Source of the DNA: Ruminococcus sp.
Lineage (GTDB): Bacteria; Bacillota; Clostridia; Oscillospirales; Acutalibacteraceae
DNA: 64,000 bases
Assembly (NCBI GenBank): GCA_017473775.1
Contig: JAFUJH010000050.1
Coordinates: forward strand, 3,455 to 67,454
Reading direction: 5' to 3'
Numbering within the stretch: position 1 is the first letter of the stretch; the number at the start of each line of letters is the position of its first letter. Below the pieces are notes generated by a model. It saw nothing but the letters and a program-made list of their open reading frames with translations, made no database searches and was not told where the DNA came from. Below, piece after piece: positions 26,019 to 36,203 of this stretch. Both the position numbers and the translations under genes were made by a program.

Positions 26019-27707
26019 ATGAAATGTTTACTTAACTTTAAAAAGCCTTTGGCGTTAATCATGGTGCTTTGTGTGCTGTGTGCCTTTATGATGCCTGTCA
26101 GTGCACAAGAGAGCCTGAGCCTCAACTGCGACAAGGCAGAAATTTTTGTACTTGATGAGAATTACAAAGAGGTTATCGGAGAGATTCCCACAGAGTATCC
26201 TGCGTCTGTACAGCTTGAGGTAAATACCGACTCTGACTCGGTGTACTGGTATGTATCTGAGGGTGAGTCTGTTACAGTTGACCAAAGCGGCCTTGTAACT
26301 CCCTGCACAGAAACCTGGTACTGGTACAACGGGTTCGGCACAACCTACCCCTTGGATGGACAGGAGCCTACCAGTATAGAGGTAAGCTACATTACAGGTG
26401 AAAGCACAGTTGTCTGCGTTGCAGACGGAGAAAGAGTAAGTGCGGTTATAAATGTGCTTGATTATTCCGATGCATTTGTGGATGAGAAAATACAGAAGTA
26501 TATTGATGCCAATATCACAGATAGCATGACCGACTATGAAAAGCTTGATAAGGTTTGTCAGTATGCAGCAAATTTTGAGTACAGTGTGTATTACTCAGGC
26601 TACAAGTCTATGGTGATATTCGGCGGCGGTGACTGTTGGGCAAGTACTACCCTTATCACCTATATGTGCAACGAATTTCTCGGAATTGATGCTTCTGTCA
26701 GATACGGAGTAAATGACCCCGGTGCAGGCAGCGGCCACAGAAATGCCGTGGTGTATATTGACGGCAAATATTACGAGGCAGAGGCAGGCTTCTCGGCGCC
26801 TGCTCCCAGACCATATTACATCAGTGAGCTTGAGGGTGGTTTTTCATTCAAATCCAATCAGGACGGATATGTAATGTATCAGTATGACGGAATGGAAAAT
26901 GAGGTTATCATCCCCGATACTTACAATGATACACCTGTTACTGAAATTGGCGAAGCTGTTTTCTTTTATAACAAATGGGACAGCTTTGCACCTGTGAGCG
27001 TTACCATTCCTGCTTCTGTGAAAACCATAGACAAGTTTTCTTTCAGTAATATCGGAACACTGGAGAATTTCTATGTTGACGAGGATAACATGGTGTACTG
27101 TTCTGCAGACGGAGTGATTTACTCAGAGGATAAGACCACGCTCTTTGCATATCCCTCAGGTAAAGAGGGAGTGTTCATTGTGCCTGAGGGTACAGTAAGT
27201 ATAGGGGACTACTCTGTATACTATGCAAATGAGCTTACTGAGGTAGTTATCCCCGAAGGTGTTACCCATATTGGAGAGGGTGCATTCGGTGATTGTAAGA
27301 TGCTCAGTAAGGTTTCTCTGCCTGATACATTGCAGTCTATAGATGAGTTTGCTTTTTATAATGACAGCAATTTGACAGAAATATACATCCCTGCAAGCGT
27401 TACTCAGATGAGCGACAATGTGTTCTCAAGCACCGATAAACTTACCATTTACGGTGAGGAGGGCTCCTATGCACAGGAATTTGCACTGAGCAAGGGTATC
27501 AACTTTTCGGCGAAAACAACAGACGGTGATGTAAATCAGGACGAAAAGGTTGACATCAAGGATGCAACTGCTATTCAGAAGTACCTTGCAGAGATAATCA
27601 GCCTCAGCTCTGTGCAGGAGGATGCGGCTGACTTTGACCATAACGGTAAGGTTACCATTGCAGATGCAACGGCAATTCAGAAAATGCTGGCTGGACTTGA
27701 GTATTGA
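26019..27707 (+). CDS. Secreted dockerin-bearing protein with a transglutaminase-like core and BspA-type leucine-rich repeats
   Basis: Signal peptide; GGGDCWAS...GHRNAV (Cys/His of a transglutaminase-like core); repeated IP..V..I...AF LRR units; C-terminal dockerin (GDVNQDEKVDIKDATAIQKYLA / DFDHNGKVTIADATAIQKMLA). Confidence 0.8.
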   Translation: MKCLLNFKKPLALIMVLCVLCAFMMPVSAQESLSLNCDKAEIFVLDENYKEVIGEIPTEYPASVQLEVNTDSDSVYWYVSEGESVTVDQSGLVTPCTETWYWYNGFGTTYPLDGQEPTSIEVSYITGESTVVCVADGERVSAVINVLDYSDAFVDEKIQKYIDANITDSMTDYEKLDKVCQYAANFEYSVYYSGYKSMVIFGGGDCWASTTLITYMCNEFLGIDASVRYGVNDPGAGSGHRNAVVYIDGKYYEAEAGFSAPAPRPYYISELEGGFSFKSNQDGYVMYQYDGMENEVIIPDTYNDTPVTEIGEAVFFYNKWDSFAPVSVTIPASVKTIDKFSFSNIGTLENFYVDEDNMVYCSADGVIYSEDKTTLFAYPSGKEGVFIVPEGTVSIGDYSVYYANELTEVVIPEGVTHIGEGAFGDCKMLSKVSLPDTLQSIDEFAFYNDSNLTEIYIPASVTQMSDNVFSSTDKLTIYGEEGSYAQEFALSKGINFSAKTTDGDVNQDEKVDIKDATAIQKYLAEIISLSSVQEDAADFDHNGKVTIADATAIQKMLAGLEY

Positions 27708-27723
27708 TAAGCTGAAATAAAAC

Positions 27724-27770
27724 AAAAACAGGAGATGCAGAAATCACTCTGCATCTCCTGTTGTGCTTTG
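27724..27770. terminator. Bidirectional terminator between convergent genes
   Basis: 14-bp stem ACAGGAGATGCAGA/TCTGCATCTCCTGT, flanked by an A-run and a T-rich run. Confidence 0.8.
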
Positions 27771-27787
27771 TAGGATTGATTTGAGCA

Positions 27788-28087
27788 TTACTCGAAGTTG
27801 AACTCGTCCTTCCACTTGTCCTTGAACAGCTCAAAGAGAGTGTTAAGAAGCTCCTCATCCTCGATACCCTCGAAGGACTCTGTCTCGTCGTCGATGGAGG
27901 TTATCTTGAGGATAACTACCTCGTCGCCGTCCTCCTCGTTTGCAGGGAGAAGGTAAAGGTACTCAACGCCCTCGTACTCGATAACATCGAGGTATTCAAA
28001 TTCTACCTCGTTGCCAAGGTCGTCCTCAAGAACGATGATGCTTGCTTCTTCCTCCTCGGGAACATTTACTTTGATATCGTCTGCCAT
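27788..28087 (-). CDS. DUF1292-family acidic protein
   Basis: 99 aa, highly acidic, with the LEDDLGNEVEFEYLDVIEYEGVEYLYLLP pattern. Confidence 0.7.
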   Translation of the reverse strand: MADDIKVNVPEEEEASIIVLEDDLGNEVEFEYLDVIEYEGVEYLYLLPANEEDGDEVVILKITSIDDETESFEGIEDEELLNTLFELFKDKWKDEFNFE

Positions 28088-28127
28088 ATTATGACCTCCT
28101 TTGGATAGTTGTTAGTAAAACTATCAT

Positions 28128-28247
28128 GCCTCCCTCTGATGATGGAGGTGGCAAATCCGTAGGATTTGACGGAGGGAGAGACTGTTTTGACTACCCCTCA
28201 GTCATTGAGTGTTACTCAATGCCAGCTCCCCTGACAAGGGGAGCCAT
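28128..28247 (+). repeat. Type A modular hairpin repeat, full copy
   Basis: gcctccctctgatgatggaggtggCAAATCCgtaGGATTTGacggagggagag ... cccctcagtcATTGAGTgttACTCAATgccagctcccctgacaaggggagccatgg. Confidence 0.9.
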
Positions 28248-28268
28248 GGTATGAACATTGAAATATTA

Positions 28269-29708
28269 TTAATATTGCTTACCCCAGTATACCATATGCT
28301 TTGCATGCTTGCCGCAGCATACGCATACATCAGAGAGCTGCTCTTCCTCAAAGGGGATGCAGCGGGACTTAACGCCGCCTGTTTCTTCTTTGATTTTTTC
28401 CTCGCACTCTACATCTCCGCACCACATAGCCTTGATGAAGCCGGGTGTCTCCTTAGCTGTTGTGAGGAACTCTTCATAGGTGCGAGCCTCAAAGGTCTTT
28501 GTCTTCATATTCTCAAGTGCACGGTTGTACATATCCTCGTGGATAATATCAAGAAGCTTTGCAACCTCCTCGGCTACATTGTCAAGGGAAACAAAAATCT
28601 TCTCTCTTGTGTCACGGCGGACAAGTACGCATTGGTTGTTCTCGATATCCTTGGGACCGAGCTCAAGACGGAGGGGAACACCCTGCATCTCGTACTGGCT
28701 GAACTTCCAGCCGGGGGAGTTGTCGGATGCATCAAGCTTAACTCTGAACTGCTTTTTCAGTGAGTCTGCAACCTCCTGTGCTTTATCGAGAACGCCTGCT
28801 TTGTGCATAGCGATAGGCACGATTGCAAGCTGAATGGGAGCAACTCTGGGAGGCAGGATAAGTCCGTCATCGTCACCGTGTACCATGATGATTGCACCAA
28901 TCATACGGGTGGATACACCCCATGATGTCTGGTGGGGGTAGTGTAACTTGTTATCTCTGCCCTGATAGGTGATACCGAAGCTCTCAGCAAAGCCGTCACC
29001 GAAGTAGTGGGAAGTACCGCCCTGAAGTGCTACGCCGTTGTGCATCATAGGCTCGATTGTGTAGGTAGCGATTGCACCTGCGAATTTTTCTTTCTCGGTC
29101 TTTTTGCCTACTACTGCAGGAATAGCCAGAGTCTCGCGGTAGAAGTCCTCGTAAACCTTGAGCATCTGCAGTGTCTCTGCCTCTGCTTCCTCTGCTGTTT
29201 CGTGCATTGTGTGGCCTTCCTGCCAGAGAAATTCGGAAGTACGCAGGAAAGGACGGGTTGTCTTTTCCCAACGGACAACGGAGCACCACTGATTGTACAG
29301 CTTAGGCAGGTCACGGTAGGTATTGATAATCTTTGCGTAATGCTCGCAGAAAAGAGTCTCGGAAGTAGGACGGATAGCCAGACGCTCTGTGAGCTTGTCA
29401 CTGCCGCCAACTGTTACCCATGCACACTCGGGAGCAAAGCCTTCAACATGGTCCTTCTCCTTCTGGAGAAGGCTCTCAGGAATAAACATAGGCATATATA
29501 CATTCTCGTGGCCTGTTTCCTTAAAGCGTCTGTCAAGGTCACGCTGGATATTCTCCCAGATAGCATAGCCATAGGGACGGATAACCATACAACCCTTAAC
29601 GCCACTGTAGTCAACAAGCTCAGCCTTTTTGACTATGTCGGTATACCATTTTGCAAAATCCTCGTCTCGGCTGGTGATAGCCTCAACCATCTTTTTATTG
29701 TCTGCCAT
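28269..29708 (-). CDS. proS: Proline--tRNA ligase (archaeal/eukaryote-like type, no editing insertion)
   Basis: 479 aa with class II motifs, the C-terminal Zn-binding-domain cysteines, and an ending of ...YWGKQY. Confidence 0.9.
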   Translation of the reverse strand: MADNKKMVEAITSRDEDFAKWYTDIVKKAELVDYSGVKGCMVIRPYGYAIWENIQRDLDRRFKETGHENVYMPMFIPESLLQKEKDHVEGFAPECAWVTVGGSDKLTERLAIRPTSETLFCEHYAKIINTYRDLPKLYNQWCSVVRWEKTTRPFLRTSEFLWQEGHTMHETAEEAEAETLQMLKVYEDFYRETLAIPAVVGKKTEKEKFAGAIATYTIEPMMHNGVALQGGTSHYFGDGFAESFGITYQGRDNKLHYPHQTSWGVSTRMIGAIIMVHGDDDGLILPPRVAPIQLAIVPIAMHKAGVLDKAQEVADSLKKQFRVKLDASDNSPGWKFSQYEMQGVPLRLELGPKDIENNQCVLVRRDTREKIFVSLDNVAEEVAKLLDIIHEDMYNRALENMKTKTFEARTYEEFLTTAKETPGFIKAMWCGDVECEEKIKEETGGVKSRCIPFEEEQLSDVCVCCGKHAKHMVYWGKQY

Positions 29709-29744
29709 ATTAACACCCCTTCAGGATAATAAACATATAAAGTT

Positions 29745-29773
29745 ATTATACATATAAATACAGATTATTTCAA
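29745..29773 (-). promoter_or_regulatory. Sigma-A promoter for proS
   Basis: On the minus strand: TTGAAA, 17 nt, TGTATAAT. The leader is short (about 35 nt), leaving no room for a T-box. Confidence 0.6.
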
Positions 29774-29811
29774 GTGTTTTTGGATTATTTTAGGGGTTAC
29801 TTATGCAGCTT

Positions 29812-29940
29812 GGCAGGGATGACTACCGGCGGTCCGTTTTATGTATGATTTTTCGGACGAGCAGTGCTCGTACTTACGCGAGGGAGTCCTACCTTTACAC
29901 AAGGGAGCCTTTCGGGTCGTCGTGGGCGCCGACTTCTACG
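29812..29940. repeat. Cluster of degenerate type B REP-like hairpins plus type A fragments
   Basis: cGGACGAGCAgtgCTCGTACTTACgcg (29854-29880), with weaker copies on either side. Confidence 0.6.
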
Positions 29941-29978
29941 AAAAAACCGACTGAGCGGAAAACTCAGTCGGTGGTTTT
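29941..29978 (-). terminator. Terminator after acpP
   Basis: CCGACTGAG cggaaaa CTCAGTCGG with a T-run on the minus strand (aaaaaa on plus). Confidence 0.8.
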
Positions 29979-30000
29979 GAAAGTTTCAGTTAAACTTTGA

Positions 30001-30228
30001 TTATGCGTTTGCCTCGATGTAAGAAACAAGCTCGCCAAGAGTTCTGATGTTCTCGATTTCCTCGTCGGGAATCTCAACCTCGAACTCGTCCTCGATGGAC
30101 ATAAGCAGGTCTACAACATCCAGAGAATCTGCACCCAGGTCCTCCTGAAGGTCTGTCTCAACTGTGAGAGTATCCTCCTCGATGTCGAACTGTTCTGCAA
30201 GAATAGCCTTTACTTTCTCTAAAACCAT
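30001..30228 (-). CDS. acpP: Acyl carrier protein
   Basis: 75 aa with the DLGADSLD phosphopantetheine-attachment motif. Confidence 0.9.
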   Translation of the reverse strand: MVLEKVKAILAEQFDIEEDTLTVETDLQEDLGADSLDVVDLLMSIEDEFEVEIPDEEIENIRTLGELVSYIEANA

Positions 30229-30404
30229 GATAAAATGCCTCCTGTGGATTCTTTGTGCTGACGATTAATTTTATTTGGCAGCACCTTTTATGCCAAGTAA
30301 AGCTAAAGATAGTATAGAATTTTGCCCCTTGGCGTGATTGGTACAGAGAAAACACGGCTATATACTCAGGGCACATAGTACTGTGTATCTCTGATACTAA
30401 AAAC

Positions 30405-30433
30405 ATATTATTGATAAATGCCTTTAATGTCAA
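30405..30433 (-). promoter_or_regulatory. Sigma-A promoter upstream of acpP
   Basis: On the minus strand: TTGACA, 17 nt, TAATAT. This implies a leader of about 170 nt. Confidence 0.5.
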
Positions 30434-30637
30434 TAGTTTTTTGAAAAATAGACAATTTTGTAACTAACTGCAGGGCAATATTCCAGAATGAACCTGCAAA
30501 TATTATCCCTCAGGATAAAAAAAGCAAAAATATCAGCCGCCAACAGTCAGGGCACCCTCCAAAAGGAAGGTGCCCTGATGATATCCGTTTTATTCAAAAA
30601 GGGTGATATATGCCTTACGGCATATAAGAGAGTTTGA

Positions 30638-31852
30638 TTAAACCTCGGGGAAGAACTTATCGTGGAGGATGCGAACTGCCTTGTCTGCGTACTCCTTGCG
30701 GATAAGAACGGAAATTTTGATTTCGCTTGTGGAGATCATATGGATGTTGATGTTAGCATCGTACAGAGCCTCGAACATATCTGTTGCAACGCCTGCGTGG
30801 CTCTCCATACCTGAGCCTACGATGGAAACCTTGGCTACATTGTCGTTCATAGAGATGCTTACGCCCTCGTGACGGCTTACGAACTTCTCTGTGAGCAGGT
30901 CAACAGCAACCTGACCGTTGTCCTTGTTAACTGTAAAGGAGATATCCTTTGTTTTGTCTCTGCCAATGGACTGGAGAATGATATCAACATTGATGTTCTT
31001 TGCAGAGAGAATAGAGAACAGCTTGAATGCAAGACCGGGCTCATCGGGAATGTTGGTTACAGAAATGCGGACAATATCGTCATCCTTGGCAACGCCTGAA
31101 ATAAGTAATTTTTCCATTTTAGTATGCTCCTTTACAATAGTACCTGGTTTGTTGGTAAGGCTTGAGAGTACCTCAAGCTCGATGCCGTATTTTTTAGCAA
31201 GCTCAACAGAGCGGTTGTTGAGCACCTGTGCGCCCAGAGTTGCAAGCTCCAGCATTTCGTCGTAGGAAATCTCTGAAAGTTTGATAGCGCCGGGAACCTT
31301 TCTGGGGTCTGCTGTGTAAACACCCTCAACATCGGTGTAAATCTGGCACAGGTCAGCGTGCATTGCTGCGGCAATAGCAACAGCACTTGTATCAGAGCCG
31401 CCGCGTCCCAGAGTAGTTACATCGTCGTGCTTGTCGATACCTTGGAAGCCTGCAACAACAACGATGTTCTTCTTTGCAATTTCGTTTCTGATTCTTGTGG
31501 GATCTACCTTCTTGATACGGGCAGTTGTGTGGGAGGAGGAGGTTCTGAAGCCTGCCTGCCAGCCAAGGAGAGAGATTGCAGGGCAACCCATGCTCTGGAT
31601 AGCCATTGCAAGGAGAGAGATGGAAATCTGCTCACCCGCGGCAAGGAGCATATCACGCTCACGCTCGGAAGCATTGGGGTCAATCTCCTTGTACTTTTCA
31701 ATGAGGTCGTCTGTTGTATCGCCCTGAGCGGATACTACAACTACAACATCATTGCCTTTTTTATAGGTCTCGGTTACGATTCGTGCAACATTGCGGACGC
31801 GGTCTGCATCAGCAACAGAGGAACCACCGAATTTCTGTACGATTAAGCTCAT
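30638..31852 (-). CDS. lysC: Aspartate kinase
   Basis: IVQKFGGSSV N-terminus and two C-terminal ACT domains. Confidence 0.9.
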   Translation of the reverse strand: MSLIVQKFGGSSVADADRVRNVARIVTETYKKGNDVVVVVSAQGDTTDDLIEKYKEIDPNASERERDMLLAAGEQISISLLAMAIQSMGCPAISLLGWQAGFRTSSSHTTARIKKVDPTRIRNEIAKKNIVVVAGFQGIDKHDDVTTLGRGGSDTSAVAIAAAMHADLCQIYTDVEGVYTADPRKVPGAIKLSEISYDEMLELATLGAQVLNNRSVELAKKYGIELEVLSSLTNKPGTIVKEHTKMEKLLISGVAKDDDIVRISVTNIPDEPGLAFKLFSILSAKNINVDIILQSIGRDKTKDISFTVNKDNGQVAVDLLTEKFVSRHEGVSISMNDNVAKVSIVGSGMESHAGVATDMFEALYDANINIHMISTSEIKISVLIRKEYADKAVRILHDKFFPEV

Positions 31853-31873
31853 GTGTTTCAGTACCTTTCTGTA

Positions 31874-33121
31874 TTATAAATTGCCGATTCTGATAGCTGA
31901 AGCTACCTTGATACCTGCTTGCTCAAGATTCTCCACAGCCTCAAGGATGTTGCCGTAGGGCATATCCTCGTTTGTTACGAAGGCAAACTCGCCAGTGGGA
32001 GCGGAAGCTCTCTCAAGACGGGTGATGTCGCCGAAGATATCCTGTGCTTTATTATATGCGGTGTCGGCATCCTCTGCCAGACAGCGCATATATACTTTAG
32101 TAAGTGACTCGGTGTAGGGAGCAATGCAGTTGTCGGTTGTGTCAACCCAGAAGAGATTCTTGCGGGTTTTCAGGTGTTTGCAGCAATCTACTGTGTCAGC
32201 AACAACAGCAGAAGCAGTGGGGAGCTTACCTGCGCCCTTGCCGTAGAATACTACATCGCCTGTGCAGTCGCCTCGTACCATAATACCGTTGAATACATCG
32301 TTGATGTTTGCAAGCTGGCTTGTGCAAGGCACAAACATAGGTGCAACCACAATATCCATAAGACCTGAGGGAAGAAGCTTGCATTTGCCGATGAGCTTGA
32401 TTACACCGCCCCAGACGGCTGCATATTCTACATCCTCAAGTGCGATTTTGGTGATGCCCTCGGTATGTACATTGTCGGGATAGATGTGCTTGCCGTATGC
32501 AAGGGATGCAAGGATGCAAATCTTGCGGCAGGCATCGTGACCCTCAACATCAGCCTCGGGATTACGCTCTGCATAGCCTAAGTCCTGAGCAAGCTTAAGA
32601 GCTTCGTCAAAAGGCATATTTTCGTCAATCATCTTGGTGAGGATGAAGTTTGTGGTGCCGTTGAGGATACCTGCAATCTCGTCAACCTCGTTGGCAACGA
32701 GACACTGGTTGATAGGACGCAGTATAGGAATACCGCCGCCGACGCTTGCCTCAAACAGGTAGTTTGCGTTGTTGTCCTTGGCAAGTTGCAGAAGCTCTGC
32801 TCCGTGGCGAGCAACCAGCTCTTTGTTGGAGGTTACTACGCTTTTGCCGACTCCCAGACAACGCTTGGTGAACTCATAGGCAGGGTTTATGCCGCCCATG
32901 GTCTCGATAACTACACGCACCTCACGGTCAGAGATAATGTCCTCGAAGTCCTTGGTGAATCGGTCACACAGGGGACTGTCGGGGAAATCCCTTAAATCCA
33001 GAATGTGCTTCAGATAAATCTCCTCTCCAACAGAGGAAAAGAGCTTCTGTTTATGGGTTGTGAGAATCTCGGCTACGCCTGAGCCTACAACACCATGTCC
33101 CATTAATGCTACTGAAATCAT
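31874..33121 (-). CDS. hom: Homoserine dehydrogenase
   Basis: ALMGHGVVGSGV Rossmann motif and a C-terminal ACT-like domain. The ATG at 33121 follows AAAGGGG. It lies 21 nt upstream of lysC. Confidence 0.9.
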   Translation of the reverse strand: MISVALMGHGVVGSGVAEILTTHKQKLFSSVGEEIYLKHILDLRDFPDSPLCDRFTKDFEDIISDREVRVVIETMGGINPAYEFTKRCLGVGKSVVTSNKELVARHGAELLQLAKDNNANYLFEASVGGGIPILRPINQCLVANEVDEIAGILNGTTNFILTKMIDENMPFDEALKLAQDLGYAERNPEADVEGHDACRKICILASLAYGKHIYPDNVHTEGITKIALEDVEYAAVWGGVIKLIGKCKLLPSGLMDIVVAPMFVPCTSQLANINDVFNGIMVRGDCTGDVVFYGKGAGKLPTASAVVADTVDCCKHLKTRKNLFWVDTTDNCIAPYTESLTKVYMRCLAEDADTAYNKAQDIFGDITRLERASAPTGEFAFVTNEDMPYGNILEAVENLEQAGIKVASAIRIGNL

Positions 33122-33243
33122 GTTTGTATACCCCTTTATATAGCATTTAATTTTTAGTGAATTTATATTGAGAGGGTGGGTGAGAGCACACACCCTCTGC
33201 TTGGTTAAAATAGTAAGGTGATTACTGCCTGACAGCAGAAGAG

Positions 33244-35529
33244 TTATTCCTCTGCAGGGTCGGTAGCAGTTGCTCCCTGTGTGGGAGCAGTGGGCTCAAC
33301 CAGATCGATGGAAACTGTACCCTCGGTGAAAGTAGCCTCAGTTGCCTCGGTGGTTGCTGCTGTTGTATCGTCCTCGTCAGCACTGATGTTTACACCTGAA
33401 TGAGAGGTACAGTTGCCGGGCTTGTTATCTGATGTGTACCAGCCCTTGCGTGTATCCTTGCAGATAGAGGTTGCAAGCTTGCCTGTGTGGGTACAGAACT
33501 CGAGATATTCGATACCCTCGTCAAGGTCAAACTCCTTGTACTCCTTGTCCTCCAGATAACGGGACATAACATTGGAGAAAGTCTGTGCCGCTACAGCGGT
33601 GCCGGGGGAGTAGATTCGATGAGGGTCATCAAAGCCTGTCCATACAGCAAGTGTTGCATAGGGTGAGCCGCCGCAGAACCAGCTGTCCTTATCTTCGTTG
33701 GTGGTACCTGTCTTACCTGCAATCTCCCAGCCGTATACATTTGCGTATGCGGCGGAGGTGTGAGCACAGTTATTCACATTATAATGAAGGAGTCTGTTCA
33801 TAATTGAAGCAGTCTCTGAGGAATAAGCCTGAATGGGGATGTTGTTACGATTATCAAGAATAACCTTATCGTTTCTGTCGGTTACATAGTAGTAGGTGTA
33901 GGGCTCGTAGTACATACCGCCGTTGCCGATGTAGGCGTAAGCCGCCGCCATCTCGCGGACTGTTACACCGCCGTTCATACCGCCCAGAGAGAATGCGGCA
34001 GTGTTGAACATATCTTCCTCACGGTTCAGGTTATCAAAGCCCAAGTAGTTGACAGCGTGTTCGTAGGCAATATCGGGGCCGCCGATGGTCATTACTGTGT
34101 TTGCGGCACAGGCGTTTGAGGACCACTCAATTGCATCTACAAGAAACAGGCCGTTTTTGTGGTTATAGCCATACCAGTTGTTGGGGCCCTTTGTGCCGTC
34201 GGAGTAAATCCATGTGTCCAGAGGCTGGTCGGAAATTACAGAGGACCAGTTGATAAGCCCCTCGTCTACAGCCTTTGCATAAGCAACCACAGGCTTGATG
34301 GATGAACCGGGCTGAAGAATTGACATGGAAGCACGGTCAAAGAGAAGGTTTGCGTCCTTTTCGTTGGATGAGCCTACTGTGGCGATAACCCTGCCTGTGT
34401 AGTCCATCATTGTCATGCCTATTTCAAGATCGGGGTTGTTGGATTTGTTGATATTGAGGGCTTCTTCCTCGATTATCTTCTGTGCTTCAACATCCATTGC
34501 ACAGTAGATTTTCAGTCCTTCGCTGTATATCTTATCAAGAGCGGCATCCTCGCTGATGTTGTAAACCTTGGCAAGGTCACGGCTAAGGTCGAATACCAGC
34601 TCGTCAAAATACCAGTTCTGGATTGTGATGGGAGTATCGTTATCTTCTTCGTCGCCTGAATAATCACGGAAGGTCATATTCTCTGACTCTTCCATAGCTG
34701 CCTGATACTCCTCGTCGGTAAGGTAGCCGTATGAGTGCATAGCAAAGAGTACATCCTCACGGCGGATGTAGTTGTTCTCAGGATAAACCAGAGGGTCCCA
34801 CTTGGAGGGATTCTGGGTGATGCCTGCGATAGCGGCACACTCGGCAACAGAGCAGTCTGTGATGTCCTTGCCGAAGTAACGCTGAGCGGCAGCCTGTACA
34901 CCCTGACAGCTTCCGCCGAAGTTTACAACATTCAGGTAAGCCTCGATTATTTCGTCCTTGGTATATTCTTTTTCAACCTTTAAAGCCTTGATGATTTCGC
35001 GGATTTTACGGTTGATGCTGACCTCGTCATCCTCGGTCAGATTCTTGATAAGCTGCTGGGTGATGGTGGACGCACCGAAGGAGTCGTCACCGCCTGCAAG
35101 GTTGAGCATAGCCTCGCCTGTTCTGAGCCAGTCTACGCCTTTGTGTTCATAGAAGCGCTTATCCTCAATGGCAATCTGAGCGTTAATCATTGCCTGGGGT
35201 ATTTCGTTATAATCAACCCATACACGGTTTTCTGTTCCGTAGAGGGTCTCGTACTCGTAGAACTCGCCTGTCTCTTCGTCCTGAACATATACGAAGCTGG
35301 ACAGATTCAGTGAACGGGCATCAAGGTCGATACCCGAGGGCTGAGCAGAGAGCTCCATAAGGTAGAAGAATATGTTGAAGCAGACGATCACACCTGCAAT
35401 GAAGAACACCAGCATCAGTGTGAGCAGGGTTTTGAGCACGCCTGAGAGGACGGCTTTCACCGCAGGGGGAAGTCCCTTCTTATCAGAGTCTGATTTTGCT
35501 TTGTAGTTGCTTATGTCTGTTTTACGCAC
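33244..35529 (-). CDS. Bifunctional penicillin-binding protein 1A (glycosyltransferase + transpeptidase)
   Basis: N-terminal TM anchor, GT51 motifs (EDKRFYEHKGVD, GASTITQQL), transpeptidase motifs SxxK (SSIKP) and KTGTT. Confidence 0.9.
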   Translation of the reverse strand: MRKTDISNYKAKSDSDKKGLPPAVKAVLSGVLKTLLTLMLVFFIAGVIVCFNIFFYLMELSAQPSGIDLDARSLNLSSFVYVQDEETGEFYEYETLYGTENRVWVDYNEIPQAMINAQIAIEDKRFYEHKGVDWLRTGEAMLNLAGGDDSFGASTITQQLIKNLTEDDEVSINRKIREIIKALKVEKEYTKDEIIEAYLNVVNFGGSCQGVQAAAQRYFGKDITDCSVAECAAIAGITQNPSKWDPLVYPENNYIRREDVLFAMHSYGYLTDEEYQAAMEESENMTFRDYSGDEEDNDTPITIQNWYFDELVFDLSRDLAKVYNISEDAALDKIYSEGLKIYCAMDVEAQKIIEEEALNINKSNNPDLEIGMTMMDYTGRVIATVGSSNEKDANLLFDRASMSILQPGSSIKPVVAYAKAVDEGLINWSSVISDQPLDTWIYSDGTKGPNNWYGYNHKNGLFLVDAIEWSSNACAANTVMTIGGPDIAYEHAVNYLGFDNLNREEDMFNTAAFSLGGMNGGVTVREMAAAYAYIGNGGMYYEPYTYYYVTDRNDKVILDNRNNIPIQAYSSETASIMNRLLHYNVNNCAHTSAAYANVYGWEIAGKTGTTNEDKDSWFCGGSPYATLAVWTGFDDPHRIYSPGTAVAAQTFSNVMSRYLEDKEYKEFDLDEGIEYLEFCTHTGKLATSICKDTRKGWYTSDNKPGNCTSHSGVNISADEDDTTAATTEATEATFTEGTVSIDLVEPTAPTQGATATDPAEE

Positions 35530-35771
35530 AAGGCATCCTCCTTTTATTCTGAGGTGGCGGACATAGTATAGCGCCGTATTTGCTTGATAAGTTTATAATA
35601 TCATTGTTGTACAATACGGCTGATTATAATCATATGTTGATTATTATACCACCAAATCCTGCAAAATTAAAGTTTTTTTACTATGTATTATATATTTTCT
35701 TATAATATGTCAGTATGCAATGTGAATATTCGCTGTTTTTTGTGAAAAAATAACTGGGAAGGTGTGGTTAT

Positions 35772-36113
35772 ATGAATTATAAGAATATTAAATTAACTAA
35801 GGTCTTTTATATTACGGCGGTGATAGTGGTTGCCTGTGTTATTGCATCGGCGATTATTGCACCGATAACAACGGAAACCGTGAAGCCTCAAAACGGTGAC
35901 TCAGGGGAGGAAACTGACACAGGCAGGGTATATGTGCTGACCTGTGACGAGGACAGGTTGGTTGCTTATGTAAAGGGAGCAGACAGACCATATATAGAGA
36001 CCACAACTGCAGTGAGCTCTTTGCCCTATGATGTGCAGGCAAGACTAAAAGCAGGGATTGAGTTTGATAATGAAGAAAAACTCAGGGACGCCATCAACGA
36101 ATACTGCAGTTGA
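35772..36113 (+). CDS. Hypothetical membrane-anchored small protein
   Basis: 113 aa with an N-terminal TM helix. No family recognised. Confidence 0.45.
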   Translation: MNYKNIKLTKVFYITAVIVVACVIASAIIAPITTETVKPQNGDSGEETDTGRVYVLTCDEDRLVAYVKGADRPYIETTTAVSSLPYDVQARLKAGIEFDNEEKLRDAINEYCS

Positions 36114-36203
36114 GATTATATGGAAAGTACACGGGGTGGGGCTTGCTCCACCCGAAGGTATCTGTTATAATATAAATACAACTTGTTAATCAGGGGTGAA
36201 GTT

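Noticed and set aside
28209-28763. 184-aa plus-strand ORF, and other long antisense ORFs such as 15247-16053, 47113-47817 and 57364-58026
   Set aside because: They lie antisense to well-supported genes (proS, holB/ricT, phage neck genes, the CotH giant), lack RBSs and have odd composition (Cys/Leu-rich). This is typical of shadow ORFs.
29709-29945. T-box leader upstream of proS
   Set aside because: The best promoter leaves only about 35 nt of leader. No specifier loop or T-box (GGTGGTACCGCG-like) sequence was seen. The rest of the interval is REP-like repeats plus the acpP terminator.
31853-33243. Lysine riboswitch (L-box) upstream of lysC
   Set aside because: lysC starts 21 nt after hom, so there is no room for one. 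The 122 nt upstream of hom contain only the PBP1A 3' hairpin, and I could recognise no L-box-like conserved core.
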